A stretch of DNA of 64,000 nt from Formosa sp. (GTDB lineage Bacteria > Bacteroidota > Bacteroidia > Flavobacteriales > Flavobacteriaceae), in contig JAYQDD010000002.1 in the NCBI GenBank assembly GCA_038138145.1, forward strand, positions 80,681 through 144,680, in the 5' to 3' direction. Shown piece by piece: positions 28,511 to 38,912 of the stretch. Position 1 is the stretch's first letter, and each line of letters opens with the position of its first letter. Below the pieces are notes generated by a model. That model did no database searches and was not told the origin of the DNA. It saw nothing but the letters and a program-made list of their open reading frames with translations. Position numbers and translations under genes: made by a program.

Positions 28511-29824
28511 CTATAATTCTTCAAACGCTTGGGCATCTCCAAAGTCGGCTCCTCTGACATTGATTGCTGCATTGGTACTTCCGTTAATTACAACGGCTAC
28601 AACAGACATTTTTTCAGTATTTGTGACATTTGAAGGAACTGCCATATCAAAATTCACTTGATAAACATTATCTGCTGAATACTCCGAAGATGGAATTTGA
28701 TCTCCCAAAAGATTGGTCAATGATGCTCTTAAAACATGGTTGTGTTCAAAATTGGGGATGACAGTCGAACCTCCGTAATAACTTGTATAATTGGTTTGAT
28801 TGAAATACAGATTATCTTCCAACACATAGACAACAAGCTTTGCACTGGAGGCAGAAAACGCTCCACCAAATTTAACGCTTACATCTATGTTCATTGTGTT
28901 GCCATTCAAAGTGGGATTAAGCGCTAAACCAACATCCGACTGACCAGTAGTTAAATCTAAAACTTGTGAAATATTATTTGGCTCAGGATAATTCCACTCT
29001 GTTGTACGGTTTAGCATTCCTGTAGGATAACTACCGTTTACACCAACTAAATCCTCTAAAGTACCAGCCGAAAAATTATAAGGGTCATAGTAAGCATTTC
29101 CAGGGTCTGTACTTCCTCTATGGATTGCAACCACATAGGCATCTGTTGTTTGTTGCTCTACAAGTTCAATAGCATGAGAAATACGTGGGCAATAGCCACA
29201 CCATGTTCCTGTGTAATCTTCAATTAAAACATTTTGTTCAAATTTTGTTGGCGCAGGTAAAACAGTAATTTCATAAACTTCAGATGTTAGCCCATCAAAA
29301 CTGGCTGTAAATCCGATCACACCTTCATAAGAAGTTGTGTACACGTTGTTGGGTAAATCATTGCCTCCAACCATGCTGATGGTCGCTTGATTCGTAAGGT
29401 TTGTCCCATTATTCCCAGTCACACTGAAAGCCACATCATCGCCAAGAAAATAGGATGTTGAATTAGAGCTTAATGTTATGCTTGAAAGTGGAATATTAAC
29501 ATTGATGGTAAGGTTATTACTTGTGATGTTCTCATAAACCGCTTTAACAATGTAACTGCCTTCCTCCTGAAAAGTAAAATTGTTTCCAGAAATAAGAATA
29601 TCCTCTACATAAAATGAGGCCTCATTTGTGATATCATTCCCTGAGTTTGTAGTTGCATAAAAGTTTACTGTGTCACCTGTCTCAATTATTGAAACATCAG
29701 AAGTTATCAAAATTGAGCTTAAAGAAGACCCATTTGTATTTCCTGTTGAATCATCGCTTCCACAGGAAGTGAAACAACAAAAGGCTAACAATAAAAAAAG
29801 TGGTAATTTTAGAGAAAATTTCAT
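28511..29824 (-). CDS. surface lipoprotein with two Ig-like repeats and a CxxC thioredoxin-fold (Omp28-related) domain
   Basis: Lipobox FTSCGSDD. Two internal repeats of about 75 aa (SILITSD...LTINV and SITLSSN...YEITV). YTGTWCGYCP motif. Confidence 0.6.
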   Translation of the reverse strand: MKFSLKLPLFLLLAFCCFTSCGSDDSTGNTNGSSLSSILITSDVSIIETGDTVNFYATTNSGNDITNEASFYVEDILISGNNFTFQEEGSYIVKAVYENITSNNLTINVNIPLSSITLSSNSTSYFLGDDVAFSVTGNNGTNLTNQATISMVGGNDLPNNVYTTSYEGVIGFTASFDGLTSEVYEITVLPAPTKFEQNVLIEDYTGTWCGYCPRISHAIELVEQQTTDAYVVAIHRGSTDPGNAYYDPYNFSAGTLEDLVGVNGSYPTGMLNRTTEWNYPEPNNISQVLDLTTGQSDVGLALNPTLNGNTMNIDVSVKFGGAFSASSAKLVVYVLEDNLYFNQTNYTSYYGGSTVIPNFEHNHVLRASLTNLLGDQIPSSEYSADNVYQVNFDMAVPSNVTNTEKMSVVAVVINGSTNAAINVRGADFGDAQAFEEL

Positions 29825-29908
29825 GACAATTATTATTTATTTGTTGAGATGTCGAAAATAGTTATTATTTTACAGAAATTTAATTAGTTTAACTATTTTT
29901 AATAAATC

Positions 29909-30388
29909 ATGAACAAAATAATTGCTTATGCATTGCTAATTGCTGGGTCTTTTTCTTTTGCCCAGGAACTTCCATCGCTAACACTCAAAGATCTTGATGG
30001 AAACAATACAGATTTAAACAAACTTGTTGAGGGTGAAAATGTTTATATATTTAGTTTTTGGGCTACATGGTGTGTCCCCTGCATCAATGAATTAGATGCC
30101 ATCAGTGAAGTTTATGAAGATTGGCAAGACGAAACCAAAGTAAGACTAATTGCAATTGCTACAGACGATACAAGAACCAAAAAAAGAATTCGTCCTATGG
30201 TCAATGGAAAGGGTTGGGAATATCTTGTATTATATGACGATAATCAAGATTTGAAGCGTGCACTGAACATTACAACACTTCCACATACTCTGGTATTGAA
30301 AAACCAAAAAATTATTCACCGAAGAACAGGTTACAATCCTGGTGTAGAAGATGAACTCTATGAAATCATTACAAACCACTCAAATTAA
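29909..30388 (+). CDS. TlpA-family thiol:disulfide oxidoreductase (exported thioredoxin fold)
   Basis: 159 aa with a signal peptide and the FWATWCVPC active site. Confidence 0.8.
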   Translation: MNKIIAYALLIAGSFSFAQELPSLTLKDLDGNNTDLNKLVEGENVYIFSFWATWCVPCINELDAISEVYEDWQDETKVRLIAIATDDTRTKKRIRPMVNGKGWEYLVLYDDNQDLKRALNITTLPHTLVLKNQKIIHRRTGYNPGVEDELYEIITNHSN

Positions 30389-30404
30389 CCTAAATACAAT
30401 TCTT

Positions 30405-32068
30405 TTGAAAAAAATAACATTATTCATTGTTTTCTTTCATTTTTTGCCTACAAGCTATGGGCAAATCATTGACGGACTTAGTGTGGGATTTGAAAGTAAT
30501 TCTGCATGGTACAACGATGATAAAAAAACTGGCGACTTTACAGACGAGGCAAACACTTTAGGGCTAACAACTATTTTAAAATAGATTATAATTTTCTTTC
30601 AAAGTTTACGGCCTCAGTTCAAATCGAATCTTACGAACCATTTGCACTAATCAATTATTCTACAAATTTTAAAGGGACAAACTTAGGCACCTATTCATTG
30701 CACTATAAAGCCTCCAATATAGATGCGACCATAGGGCATTTTTATGAACAATTTGGAAGTGGTTTAATATTACGAAATTGGGAGGACCGCCAACTCGGAA
30801 TAAATAATGCATTGTTTGGTGGTAAAGTATCATATCGTCTGATGGATGCTGTGGACCTCACTGCTCTTTATGGTAATCATCGGGTGGGTTTTGAGACCTC
30901 AGATGGAACTATTTTTGGATTCAATTCAGAATTTGAATTAGATTCTGTTTTTAAATGGGACGAAACAGCACTTAACATAGGTTTCAGTTACGTGGGTCGT
31001 GAAGAGAAAATTGATTTAGAAAATCCAAATTTTGAACCTACAACTAATGCCTTTTCTGGAAGAGTTGACTTCAGCTACAGAAATTTCTATTCCAGTGTGG
31101 AATATGTGACTAAAAGTGAAGATGCCATTGTTCAGGTTAATCAAGTTTCAAATGATTTTATAAAATCTGGAAATGGTTTTTTGCTCAACACAGGCTATTC
31201 AAAAAAAGGATTTGGTTTGGATGCCACCTTTAGGCGTTTAGAAAACATGAGTTTCTACTCGGACAGAAAAAAATCAGGAAATGTATTTTTCGAAAATATC
31301 ATCAATTACACGCCTGGACTCACCAAACAACACGACTATCTCTTGACCAATATATTTGTGTACCAAGCACAATCGGCGGTATCCTTTTTAGATCCTGGAT
31401 TACTAAAAGTAGGTGAAATCGGAGGTCAATTAGACTTATTTTACAACATAAAAAAAGAGACATTATTAGGTGGAAAATACGGCACAAAGATGGCCTTTAA
31501 TGCGTCGTACTGGGCGGGATTGAAAGGCACTTTTGATTATGCTAATCAAGATTACGAAACTGATGTATTTGGGTTTGGCGAGAAATATTTTTCAGATATA
31601 AGTCTAGAAATCAGAAAAAAATGGAATCCAAAATGGCGTTCAATAGTTTACTTTGTAAACCAATATTACAACAAAAAAGAAATTGAAGGAAATTTTGGAG
31701 CAAAACCTATTGTGACCAACATTGGCGTTGTAGAATCTACACACAAACTTGGCAAGGGCAAATCTATTAGAATAGAAGCCCAAAGATTATGGTCCGATAC
31801 ACAAGACCATGATTGGATTGGAGGTACATTTGAATTTAATTTGAGTTCCAAAATTTCATTTTATATCAATGACATCTACAACAATGGAGATGATTCATCT
31901 ACATCAAAAACTCATTACTATAACGCAGGAGGAAGCTACACCAAAGGAGCTACACGAGTTGGCTTGAACTACGGGAGACAGCGTGCAGGGCTCGTTTGTA
32001 TTGGAGGGGTGTGCCGATTTGTTCCAGAAGCTACTGGACTGACAGCAACTGTAACTATGGCTTTTTAA
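30405..32068 (+). pseudogene. DUF6029-like outer-membrane beta-barrel gene interrupted by a 1-nt frameshift
   Basis: The N-terminal piece (frame of ORF 30351-30584; a TTG at 30405 gives MKKITLFIVFFHFLPTSYGQ) stops at 30582. The frame of ORF 30698-32068 is open from 30524 and reads ...FRANNYFKIDYNFLSKFTASVQIESYEP.... The two frames overlap at 30524-30584, which includes an A7 run (30522-30528). The C-terminus ends in aromatic beta-barrel style (TATVTMAF). Confidence 0.6.
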
Positions 32069-32074
32069 TTAAGA

Positions 32075-32704
32075 CTAGCGTCTAAACTTAAGTGGAAGAT
32101 GAACAACTTTTTTTGTTTCAAAAAAATCTTCCTCAAAAAAAGCAGCAATATCATAAACCGCTTTCGTTTTATACGATGAAAGTTCTTCTGAAAGATCTCC
32201 ACCTTTAAGGTACAAAATACCATTTGAAAGCGTATGATTTTGTTCTTTTTTGATTTTATTTTTTACCCATTTTACAAAACTGGGCATTGTAGTCACAGCG
32301 CGACTCACCACAAAATCAAAACGTCCTTGTACTGCTTCTGCACGCTGGTGCGTTGCAGTCACATTTTTTAAATTTAATGATTGTACTACAGCAGATACTA
32401 CGTTTATTTTTTTTTGAATACTATCGACCAAATGGAACTTAACCTCAGGGAATAAAATGGCCAAAGGTATACCTGGAAATCCACCGCCTGTACCCACATC
32501 TAAAATTTGCGTATTGGGTTCGAATTTTTGAACTTTTGCAATCGCTAATGAATGTAAAACATGCTTCAAATACAGCGCCTGTATATCTTTTCGAGAAATG
32601 ACATTTATTTTTGAATTCCAATCCTCATACACCCTTTGCAATGCTTCAAATTGTTGTTTTTGAACATCCGATAATTCTGGGAAATACTTTTGAATTAAAT
32701 CCAT
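32075..32704 (-). CDS. rsmG: 16S rRNA (guanine527-N7)-methyltransferase
   Basis: 209 aa with ILDVGTGGGFPGIPLAI and the GidB pattern. Confidence 0.9.
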   Translation of the reverse strand: MDLIQKYFPELSDVQKQQFEALQRVYEDWNSKINVISRKDIQALYLKHVLHSLAIAKVQKFEPNTQILDVGTGGGFPGIPLAILFPEVKFHLVDSIQKKINVVSAVVQSLNLKNVTATHQRAEAVQGRFDFVVSRAVTTMPSFVKWVKNKIKKEQNHTLSNGILYLKGGDLSEELSSYKTKAVYDIAAFFEEDFFETKKVVHLPLKFRR

Positions 32705-32720
32705 GTAAAATATATTTGAA

Positions 32721-32728
32721 CAAAAATA
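32721..32728 (-). promoter_or_regulatory. candidate -7 box (TATTTTTG on the minus strand) for rsmG
   Basis: The revcomp of caaaaata matches TAnnTTTG, 16 nt upstream of the ATG at 32704. Confidence 0.4.
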
Positions 32729-32781
32729 GTTATAAATCTCTTAAATGTTCAAAAGTCATGTTTTGAAATTGAATTATTAAC

Positions 32782-32789
32782 TATATTTG
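32782..32789 (+). promoter_or_regulatory. candidate -7 box (TATATTTG) for the desaturase gene
   Basis: Exact TAnnTTTG match 24 nt upstream of the ATG at 32814. Confidence 0.4.
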
Positions 32790-32813
32790 AATTTATTTTT
32801 AAAATCTACTTAA

Positions 32814-33914
32814 ATGAAAAGTCCAATATTAAAATTCTCAAGAAAAGATCCCAAAAATTTCTTCAGAACCCTCAACTCAAGAGTTAATTTATATTTTAAA
32901 GAAAACAACATCAAACGTACAGGAAACTGGAAGTTGTGGTTGAAAACAATTGTAATGTTCAGTATATTTTTGGTGCCTTATTTTCTAATCCTTACCATAG
33001 ACATGCCCGGATGGTTGCAAATCCTCTTTACAATTGTGATGGGTGTTGGAATGGCTGGCGTGGGGATGAATGTGATGCATGATGGAAATCATGGATCTTT
33101 CTCGAACAAATCTTGGATCAATAACCTCATGGGAAGTAGTATTTATATTCTTGCCGGAAACGTGTACAATTGGAAAGTACAACACAACGTTCTTCATCAT
33201 ACCTACACGAATGTTCATGGTCATGATGAAGATTTAGATGCTGGACGCATTCTTAGATTTACAAAACATGCCCAATGGCGTTGGTACCACAAATTTCAAC
33301 ACTACTACTCTGTTCTTCTTTATGGCCTTTTGACAATAAATTGGGCCATAACAACCGATTTTTTACAAATGAAACGCTATATGAAACGCAAATTGGCATA
33401 TGGTAAATTGCCAAATCCTTTTGTAAACTGGGGAACCTTGGTCATCTCAAAGCTAATTTATCTGACGATGTGGATTGTTTTGCCGATGCTTATTTTAGAT
33501 TTAGCGTGGTGGAAAATTCTGATTGGTTTTTTTGTAATGCACTATACTGCTGGCCTTATTCTTAGCGTTGTTTTTCAGTTGGCACATGTCATGGAAGACG
33601 CTGAAATGCCGATGCCTGAAACAGACGGAAGTCTAAAAAATACTTGGGCCATACACCAACTCAAAACGACGGTCAATTTTTCTCCAAAAAACAGACTTAT
33701 CAATTGGTTTACAGGAGGCTTGAATCATCAAGTAGAACACCATATTTTTCCAAATATTTCGCATATACATTATGGTAAAATTGCAGAAATCGTAAAAAAA
33801 ACTGCCCAAGAATTTAACCTGCCCTACAACGAATACAAAACCACAAGAAAAGCAATTATTGCACATTTTAATTACTTAAAATTGATGGGGATAAATCCAA
33901 AATTACTAGCATAA
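32814..33914 (+). CDS. membrane fatty-acid desaturase (three His-box family)
   Basis: His boxes HDGNH, HNVLHH and QVEHH, plus TM helices. Confidence 0.85.
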   Translation: MKSPILKFSRKDPKNFFRTLNSRVNLYFKENNIKRTGNWKLWLKTIVMFSIFLVPYFLILTIDMPGWLQILFTIVMGVGMAGVGMNVMHDGNHGSFSNKSWINNLMGSSIYILAGNVYNWKVQHNVLHHTYTNVHGHDEDLDAGRILRFTKHAQWRWYHKFQHYYSVLLYGLLTINWAITTDFLQMKRYMKRKLAYGKLPNPFVNWGTLVISKLIYLTMWIVLPMLILDLAWWKILIGFFVMHYTAGLILSVVFQLAHVMEDAEMPMPETDGSLKNTWAIHQLKTTVNFSPKNRLINWFTGGLNHQVEHHIFPNISHIHYGKIAEIVKKTAQEFNLPYNEYKTTRKAIIAHFNYLKLMGINPKLLA

Positions 33915-33924
33915 AACAAATCAA

Positions 33925-35115
33925 ATGAACCAATTACTTTCAGAAAGAATCTTGAACATGGCCACCTCGGCAACCCTTGCGATGGCCGCAAAAGCACGCG
34001 AACTTAAAGGTGAAGGCAAAGACATCATAGGGCTTAGTTTGGGAGAACCAGACTTCAATACACCCGAATTTATAAAGGATGCAGCAAAACAAGCCATTGA
34101 TGATAATTTCAATTCCTATACCCCAGTTGATGGATATGCAGAACTAAAGCAAGCCATCATCACAAAATTTAAACGCGACAACAATCTGACCTACACGCCC
34201 AACCAAATTGTTGTATCTACAGGAGCCAAACAATGCCTTGCCAACGTTGCTTTGGTGTTACTTAATAAAGGTGACGAAGTTATCCTTCCTTGCCCATATT
34301 GGGTGAGCTATTCAGATATTGTAAAATTATCTGAAGGGACGCCTGTGGAAGTCAAAACTTCTATTGATACTGATTTCAAGATGACCCCAGCGCAACTCGA
34401 AGCCGCAATAACTCCAAAAACAAAAATGATTTGGTTCAGTTCCCCTTGTAATCCAAGTGGATCTTTGTACAGTAAAGAAGAATTGAGAGCACTTGCCGAC
34501 GTACTTCAAAAGCACCCACAAATTTATGTGGTTTCTGATGAAATATACGAACACATCAATTTCGGAAGTGGACATGCTAGTATGGCTGAATTTGAAGATA
34601 TGTACGACAGAACCATTACGGTCAATGGCGTATCCAAAGCATTTGCAATGACGGGCTGGCGTATTGGTTTCCTAGGGGCTCCAGAAAAAATTGCTCGTGC
34701 GTGTAACAAAATGCAAGGTCAAATTACCAGTGGTGCCAACTGTATAGCGCAACGCGCTGTGATTACCGCGCTGGAAGCACCTCCGTCAAAGGTAAAATAT
34801 ATGATTGATGAATTTAAAGTGCGTCGAGACCTTATTTTAAATTTACTCAAAGACATTGACGGATTTTCTTGCAATACTCCAGAGGGTGCTTTTTATGTAT
34901 TCCCTGATGTTTCGGCATTATTTGGAAAAACATTTAAAGGGAAACAAATAAATAACGCCACAGAGCTATCACTTTTTCTGTTAGAGGAGGCATTAGTCGC
35001 TACCGTTACCGGGGAAGCTTTTGGAAATCCAAACTGTATCAGAATATCCTATGCAGCATCACAAGAACAAATCATTGAAGCCGTTGAACGCATCAAAAAA
35101 GCATTGAGTAGCTAA
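33925..35115 (+). CDS. PLP-dependent aminotransferase class I (aspartate aminotransferase-like)
   Basis: 396 aa with NPSG and the VNGVSKAFAMTGWRIG PLP-lysine motif. Confidence 0.85.
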   Translation: MNQLLSERILNMATSATLAMAAKARELKGEGKDIIGLSLGEPDFNTPEFIKDAAKQAIDDNFNSYTPVDGYAELKQAIITKFKRDNNLTYTPNQIVVSTGAKQCLANVALVLLNKGDEVILPCPYWVSYSDIVKLSEGTPVEVKTSIDTDFKMTPAQLEAAITPKTKMIWFSSPCNPSGSLYSKEELRALADVLQKHPQIYVVSDEIYEHINFGSGHASMAEFEDMYDRTITVNGVSKAFAMTGWRIGFLGAPEKIARACNKMQGQITSGANCIAQRAVITALEAPPSKVKYMIDEFKVRRDLILNLLKDIDGFSCNTPEGAFYVFPDVSALFGKTFKGKQINNATELSLFLLEEALVATVTGEAFGNPNCIRISYAASQEQIIEAVERIKKALSS

Positions 35116-35122
35116 GTGCGCA

Positions 35123-36619
35123 CTACAATTTTTTCCAGAAAAAAGGAGTTAATAAAATTAGAACTGTAAAAAGTTCCAGACGTCCAATAAGCATAAGAAA
35201 AGCTGCCCACCATTTGCCTATTTGTGGCATTTTACTAAAGTTTTCTGCTGGACCAAAATCTCCGAGTGCAGGGCCAACATTCCCCAAACTTGAAGCGGCT
35301 ACCCCTATGGCAGACTCAAAATCCAAACCGATAAAAGCAAAACCAAGTGCGCCTATAATAAAGGAAAGCATATAGAGCATAAAAAAGCCCAAAACATTAA
35401 ATACAATTTCTCCTGAAACGGTTTTGGTGTTGTAGCGTACAGGCAAAACAGCATTGGGGTGAAGAGATCTTTTGAATTCTAAAAACCCATTGCGGATAAG
35501 AACAAGGTGGCGTACCACTTTTACACCTCCAGAAGTGCTTCCAGAAGATCCTCCAAGAAACATTAATCCAAAGAAAAACACCACCAAAAAATAAGGCCAA
35601 AGGGTAAAATCGGCACTTACAAAACCTGTGGTCGTGACGATAGCTACCACTTGAAACAGCGCATGGCGAATACTGGCTTCAAGTTCCCCAAAAACCATGG
35701 GATGGTTAGGGGATGAAGCATCTGAAAACACCGAATGCGTAAAAATTATAACCGCAGTAATCGTAGTGAAAATTAGTATAAACTTGGCATAAAGTTTAAA
35801 TTCTTCATCCTTGAATACTCTCATAAAATTTCCTTTGAAACCAAAGTAACTCAATACAAAATTTGTTCCTGCCAAAAACATAAATAACACAACAATGTAT
35901 TGTACCAAAGGAGAGTCGTTCCAATGCGCCAAACTTGCGTTTTTAGTTGAAAACCCTCCTGTGGAAAGCGTACTCATGGAATGGTTTAAAGCATCAAAGA
36001 AAGACATCCCAGCGAGCGATAAAAAAAGTGTTTCTGCGGCAGTATAACCGACATAAATAAGCCACAATCTTTTTGCGGTATCCGTAATTCTGGGATGAAG
36101 TTTATCGTTGCCCGGGCCAGGGGCTTCAGCAGCAAAAAGCTGCATCCCTCCAATGCCCAACAAAGGTAAAATCGCTACAGCCAAAACAATAATCCCCATA
36201 CCGCCAATCCAATGTGTTAAACTTCGCCAAAACAAAACACCTTGGGGCAGAACTTCAATATCATTCAAAATGGTTGCACCCGTTGTTGTGTAGCCCGAAA
36301 TGGTTTCAAAAAAAGCATTGGTAAAATTTGTAATTGAACCTGTTAAAAGGTAAGGTATTGTACCCGAAAGTGCCATAACAATCCAACCAAAAGTTACCAC
36401 AATATAACCCTGTCGCTTGGTCATTTCTTTGGAATGATTTTTTGTACAAAGCATCACCAAAAGTCCAACGCTTAAAACCGATAATCCTGAAACAAACAAT
36501 TGATGCGTAACGCCATCTTTATAGAAAAAACTCAACAAAGAAGCAAGCAACATAAATCCACCATTGAAAAGAAGTAAAAGACCAAAAAAGTGGATAATGA
36601 TTTTATGTTTTTGTTTCAT
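35123..36619 (-). CDS. trkH: TrkH-family potassium uptake protein
   Basis: 498 aa, polytopic, with repeated selectivity-filter-like TTTG/STGG/SGG segments. Adjacent to trkA. Confidence 0.9.
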   Translation of the reverse strand: MKQKHKIIIHFFGLLLLFNGGFMLLASLLSFFYKDGVTHQLFVSGLSVLSVGLLVMLCTKNHSKEMTKRQGYIVVTFGWIVMALSGTIPYLLTGSITNFTNAFFETISGYTTTGATILNDIEVLPQGVLFWRSLTHWIGGMGIIVLAVAILPLLGIGGMQLFAAEAPGPGNDKLHPRITDTAKRLWLIYVGYTAAETLFLSLAGMSFFDALNHSMSTLSTGGFSTKNASLAHWNDSPLVQYIVVLFMFLAGTNFVLSYFGFKGNFMRVFKDEEFKLYAKFILIFTTITAVIIFTHSVFSDASSPNHPMVFGELEASIRHALFQVVAIVTTTGFVSADFTLWPYFLVVFFFGLMFLGGSSGSTSGGVKVVRHLVLIRNGFLEFKRSLHPNAVLPVRYNTKTVSGEIVFNVLGFFMLYMLSFIIGALGFAFIGLDFESAIGVAASSLGNVGPALGDFGPAENFSKMPQIGKWWAAFLMLIGRLELFTVLILLTPFFWKKL

Positions 36620-36628
36620 ATTGAATGG

Positions 36629-37981
36629 TTAGAAGAAGAGGCTTTCTACTTTTTTTATGGCTTCTGGCAAACAGCAAACCACTACTCTATCGCCTGGCTC
36701 GATTTTGAAGTCGCCCAATGCAATAATTCCAGATTCATTTCTGATGACTCCACCAATAATTGCGGCTCTGGGAAAATCAATCGCTTTAATGTATTGATCA
36801 CAAATTTTTGAAGTTGGTTTTACGACGAATTCCAATAATTCGGCTTCCATATTTGTGAGCTTGGTCATGGCCACAACTTCTCCTTTGCGAACATATCTAA
36901 AAATACTGTTGGCAGCGAGTAATTTTTTATTGATGAGTGTATCCACCCCAATCGAATGTGACAATGCAAAATAGTCCATATTTTCGACCAAAGCAATGGT
37001 CTTTTTTACCCCTTTCGACTTTGCGACTAAGCAGGACATTATGTTGGTTTCTGAATTTTCGGTTACGGCGATAAAAGCATCCATAGCACTAAAATTTTCT
37101 TCTTCCAACAACTCTACATTTCTTCCATCACCGTTTATGACTAACGCTTCTGGAAGCTGATCGGCCAACTCTGCAGCACGTTCTTTAGATTGTTCTACAA
37201 TTTTGATATTGAAATCACTATTGGACAAATCATTTGCAGTGATTGTACCAATTTGCCCACCACCCAAAATCATAATATCTTTTATTGGTGTTTTTCGTCT
37301 TCCAGTGAGTTTACACAGTTCTTCATCACCACCCTTCGAAGTCATAAAAACCACACGATCACCTTCTTTAAAAACGGTATCCCCTCTTGGAATAATCGTA
37401 AGATGCGAACCAAAGCGTTGAATAGCAATAGGGATAAAATGAATATCCGACAAAAGTTGAGCTGCAATTTTTACTGGCTTATCAACAATCGATGCATCAG
37501 CAGAAAGTGTTAAACCCAACATGGTTAGCGCACCGTCTTCAAAAGCATAAGTATCATTAAAAACAGATTGTTTAAGCAACAATTCTATTTCTGAAGCCGC
37601 CAAAGATGCAGGAGAAATAAGCTCATCTATGCCCAAGGCTTCAAAACCAATTTCATCTTTGTGCGTAATAAATTCTGTGTTGGAAATTCTTGCAATAGTT
37701 CGCTTAGCACCCAATTGTTTGGCCAATACACAAGACGTAATATTGGATGTTTGAGAGGACGTTACAGATACAAATAAATCGGCATTAGTAATATTAGATT
37801 CTTTGAGGACAGAAACAGAAGTGATGTCTCCTTTAACGACCTTGATGTCCAAGTGCGTTTCTGCATAAACAAGGCGTTCTTTGTCTAAATCAATTAGTGT
37901 AATTTCCTGAGATTCATAGGACAAAAGCTTTGCCAAGTGAAACCCGACTTCTCCAGCGCCGGCAATAATAATTTTCATCAA
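36629..37981 (-). CDS. trkA: Trk system NAD-binding subunit TrkA
   Basis: 450 aa with two RCK/KTN Rossmann repeats (IIIAGAGEVG and IMILGGGQIG). Confidence 0.9.
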   Translation of the reverse strand: MMKIIIAGAGEVGFHLAKLLSYESQEITLIDLDKERLVYAETHLDIKVVKGDITSVSVLKESNITNADLFVSVTSSQTSNITSCVLAKQLGAKRTIARISNTEFITHKDEIGFEALGIDELISPASLAASEIELLLKQSVFNDTYAFEDGALTMLGLTLSADASIVDKPVKIAAQLLSDIHFIPIAIQRFGSHLTIIPRGDTVFKEGDRVVFMTSKGGDEELCKLTGRRKTPIKDIMILGGGQIGTITANDLSNSDFNIKIVEQSKERAAELADQLPEALVINGDGRNVELLEEENFSAMDAFIAVTENSETNIMSCLVAKSKGVKKTIALVENMDYFALSHSIGVDTLINKKLLAANSIFRYVRKGEVVAMTKLTNMEAELLEFVVKPTSKICDQYIKAIDFPRAAIIGGVIRNESGIIALGDFKIEPGDRVVVCCLPEAIKKVESLFF

Positions 37982-38001
37982 TTATCAGTTAAAAAGCGAT
38001 G

Positions 38002-38009
38002 CAAATATA
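38002..38009 (-). promoter_or_regulatory. candidate -7 box (TATATTTG on the minus strand) for trkAH
   Basis: The revcomp of caaatata matches TAnnTTTG, 20 nt upstream of the trkA ATG. Confidence 0.4.
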
Positions 38010-38082
38010 CGTTATTTTTAGGGATTTGTCTACGAATTGTATTTCTTTGCAAGGCAAAAACTATAGATCTCAATTTGATTAC

Positions 38083-38814
38083 ATGTCTAAAAAGATAACG
38101 CCATATAAGAACAGTTCTCTTTCCAAAAAGGAACAAATTGCCAAAATGTTTGATACTATTTCAAATGAATACGATGGATTGAATCGTGTGATTTCATTTG
38201 GTATTGATATAAAATGGCGCAAAAAAGTGGTTCAAATTGTTGCTGATAAAAATCCAGAATCTATTTTGGATATTGCCACTGGCACTGGGGATTTGGCCAT
38301 TAATTTGACGCAAACCAATGCAAAAAAAATTATTGGATTGGATATTAGTGAAGGTATGTTGGATGTAGGACGAAAAAAAATTATAGCCAAAAAGCTAGAC
38401 AATACCATTGATATGGTTGTAGGTGATTCTGAAAATTTGCCTTTCAACGATAATAGTTTTGATGCCATAACGGTTGCTTTTGGTGTTCGAAATTTTGAAC
38501 ACCTCGAAGTTGGTTTGGCTGAAATTCTGAGGGTTCTAAAACCAAATGGCGTTTTTGTAGTTTTGGAAACTTCTGTGCCAACGAAATTTCCGTTCCGACA
38601 AGGCTACTTTTTGTATACTAAAATATTACTCCCAATCATAGGAAAATTATTCTCTAAAGATAAGGATGCCTACAGTTACTTGAGTTCGTCGGCGGCAAAA
38701 TTCCCTTACGGAAAAGCGTTCAACAATATTTTAAAGAAAACTGGGTTTATATCTACAAGATCGTTGCCACAAACATTCGGAGTCGCAACAATTTATACCG
38801 CATCGAAACAATGA
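38083..38814 (+). CDS. ubiE: demethylmenaquinone/ubiquinone methyltransferase
   Basis: [31 protein letters not shown] and [14 protein letters not shown] motifs. Start moved to the ATG at 38083 (MSKKITPYK). Confidence 0.9.
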   Translation: MSKKITPYKNSSLSKKEQIAKMFDTISNEYDGLNRVISFGIDIKWRKKVVQIVADKNPESILDIATGTGDLAINLTQTNAKKIIGLDISEGMLDVGRKKIIAKKLDNTIDMVVGDSENLPFNDNSFDAITVAFGVRNFEHLEVGLAEILRVLKPNGVFVVLETSVPTKFPFRQGYFLYTKILLPIIGKLFSKDKDAYSYLSSSAAKFPYGKAFNNILKKTGFISTRSLPQTFGVATIYTASKQ

Positions 38815-38912
38815 AACCGACATGTTAAAAATTATTATTAACACACAGCGGAATGATTATTTTAAACATCAAAGGTTACATGTGACCATTGAAAAACAAT
38901 AAATATTAACAC

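Noticed and set aside
30351-30404. An ATG at 30351 that would make the DUF6029 N-terminal ORF overlap the end of the tlpA gene by 38 nt.
   Set aside because: The TTG at 30405 yields a classic MKKITLF... signal peptide just after the tlpA stop. The upstream extension encodes non-signal-like sequence within tlpA.
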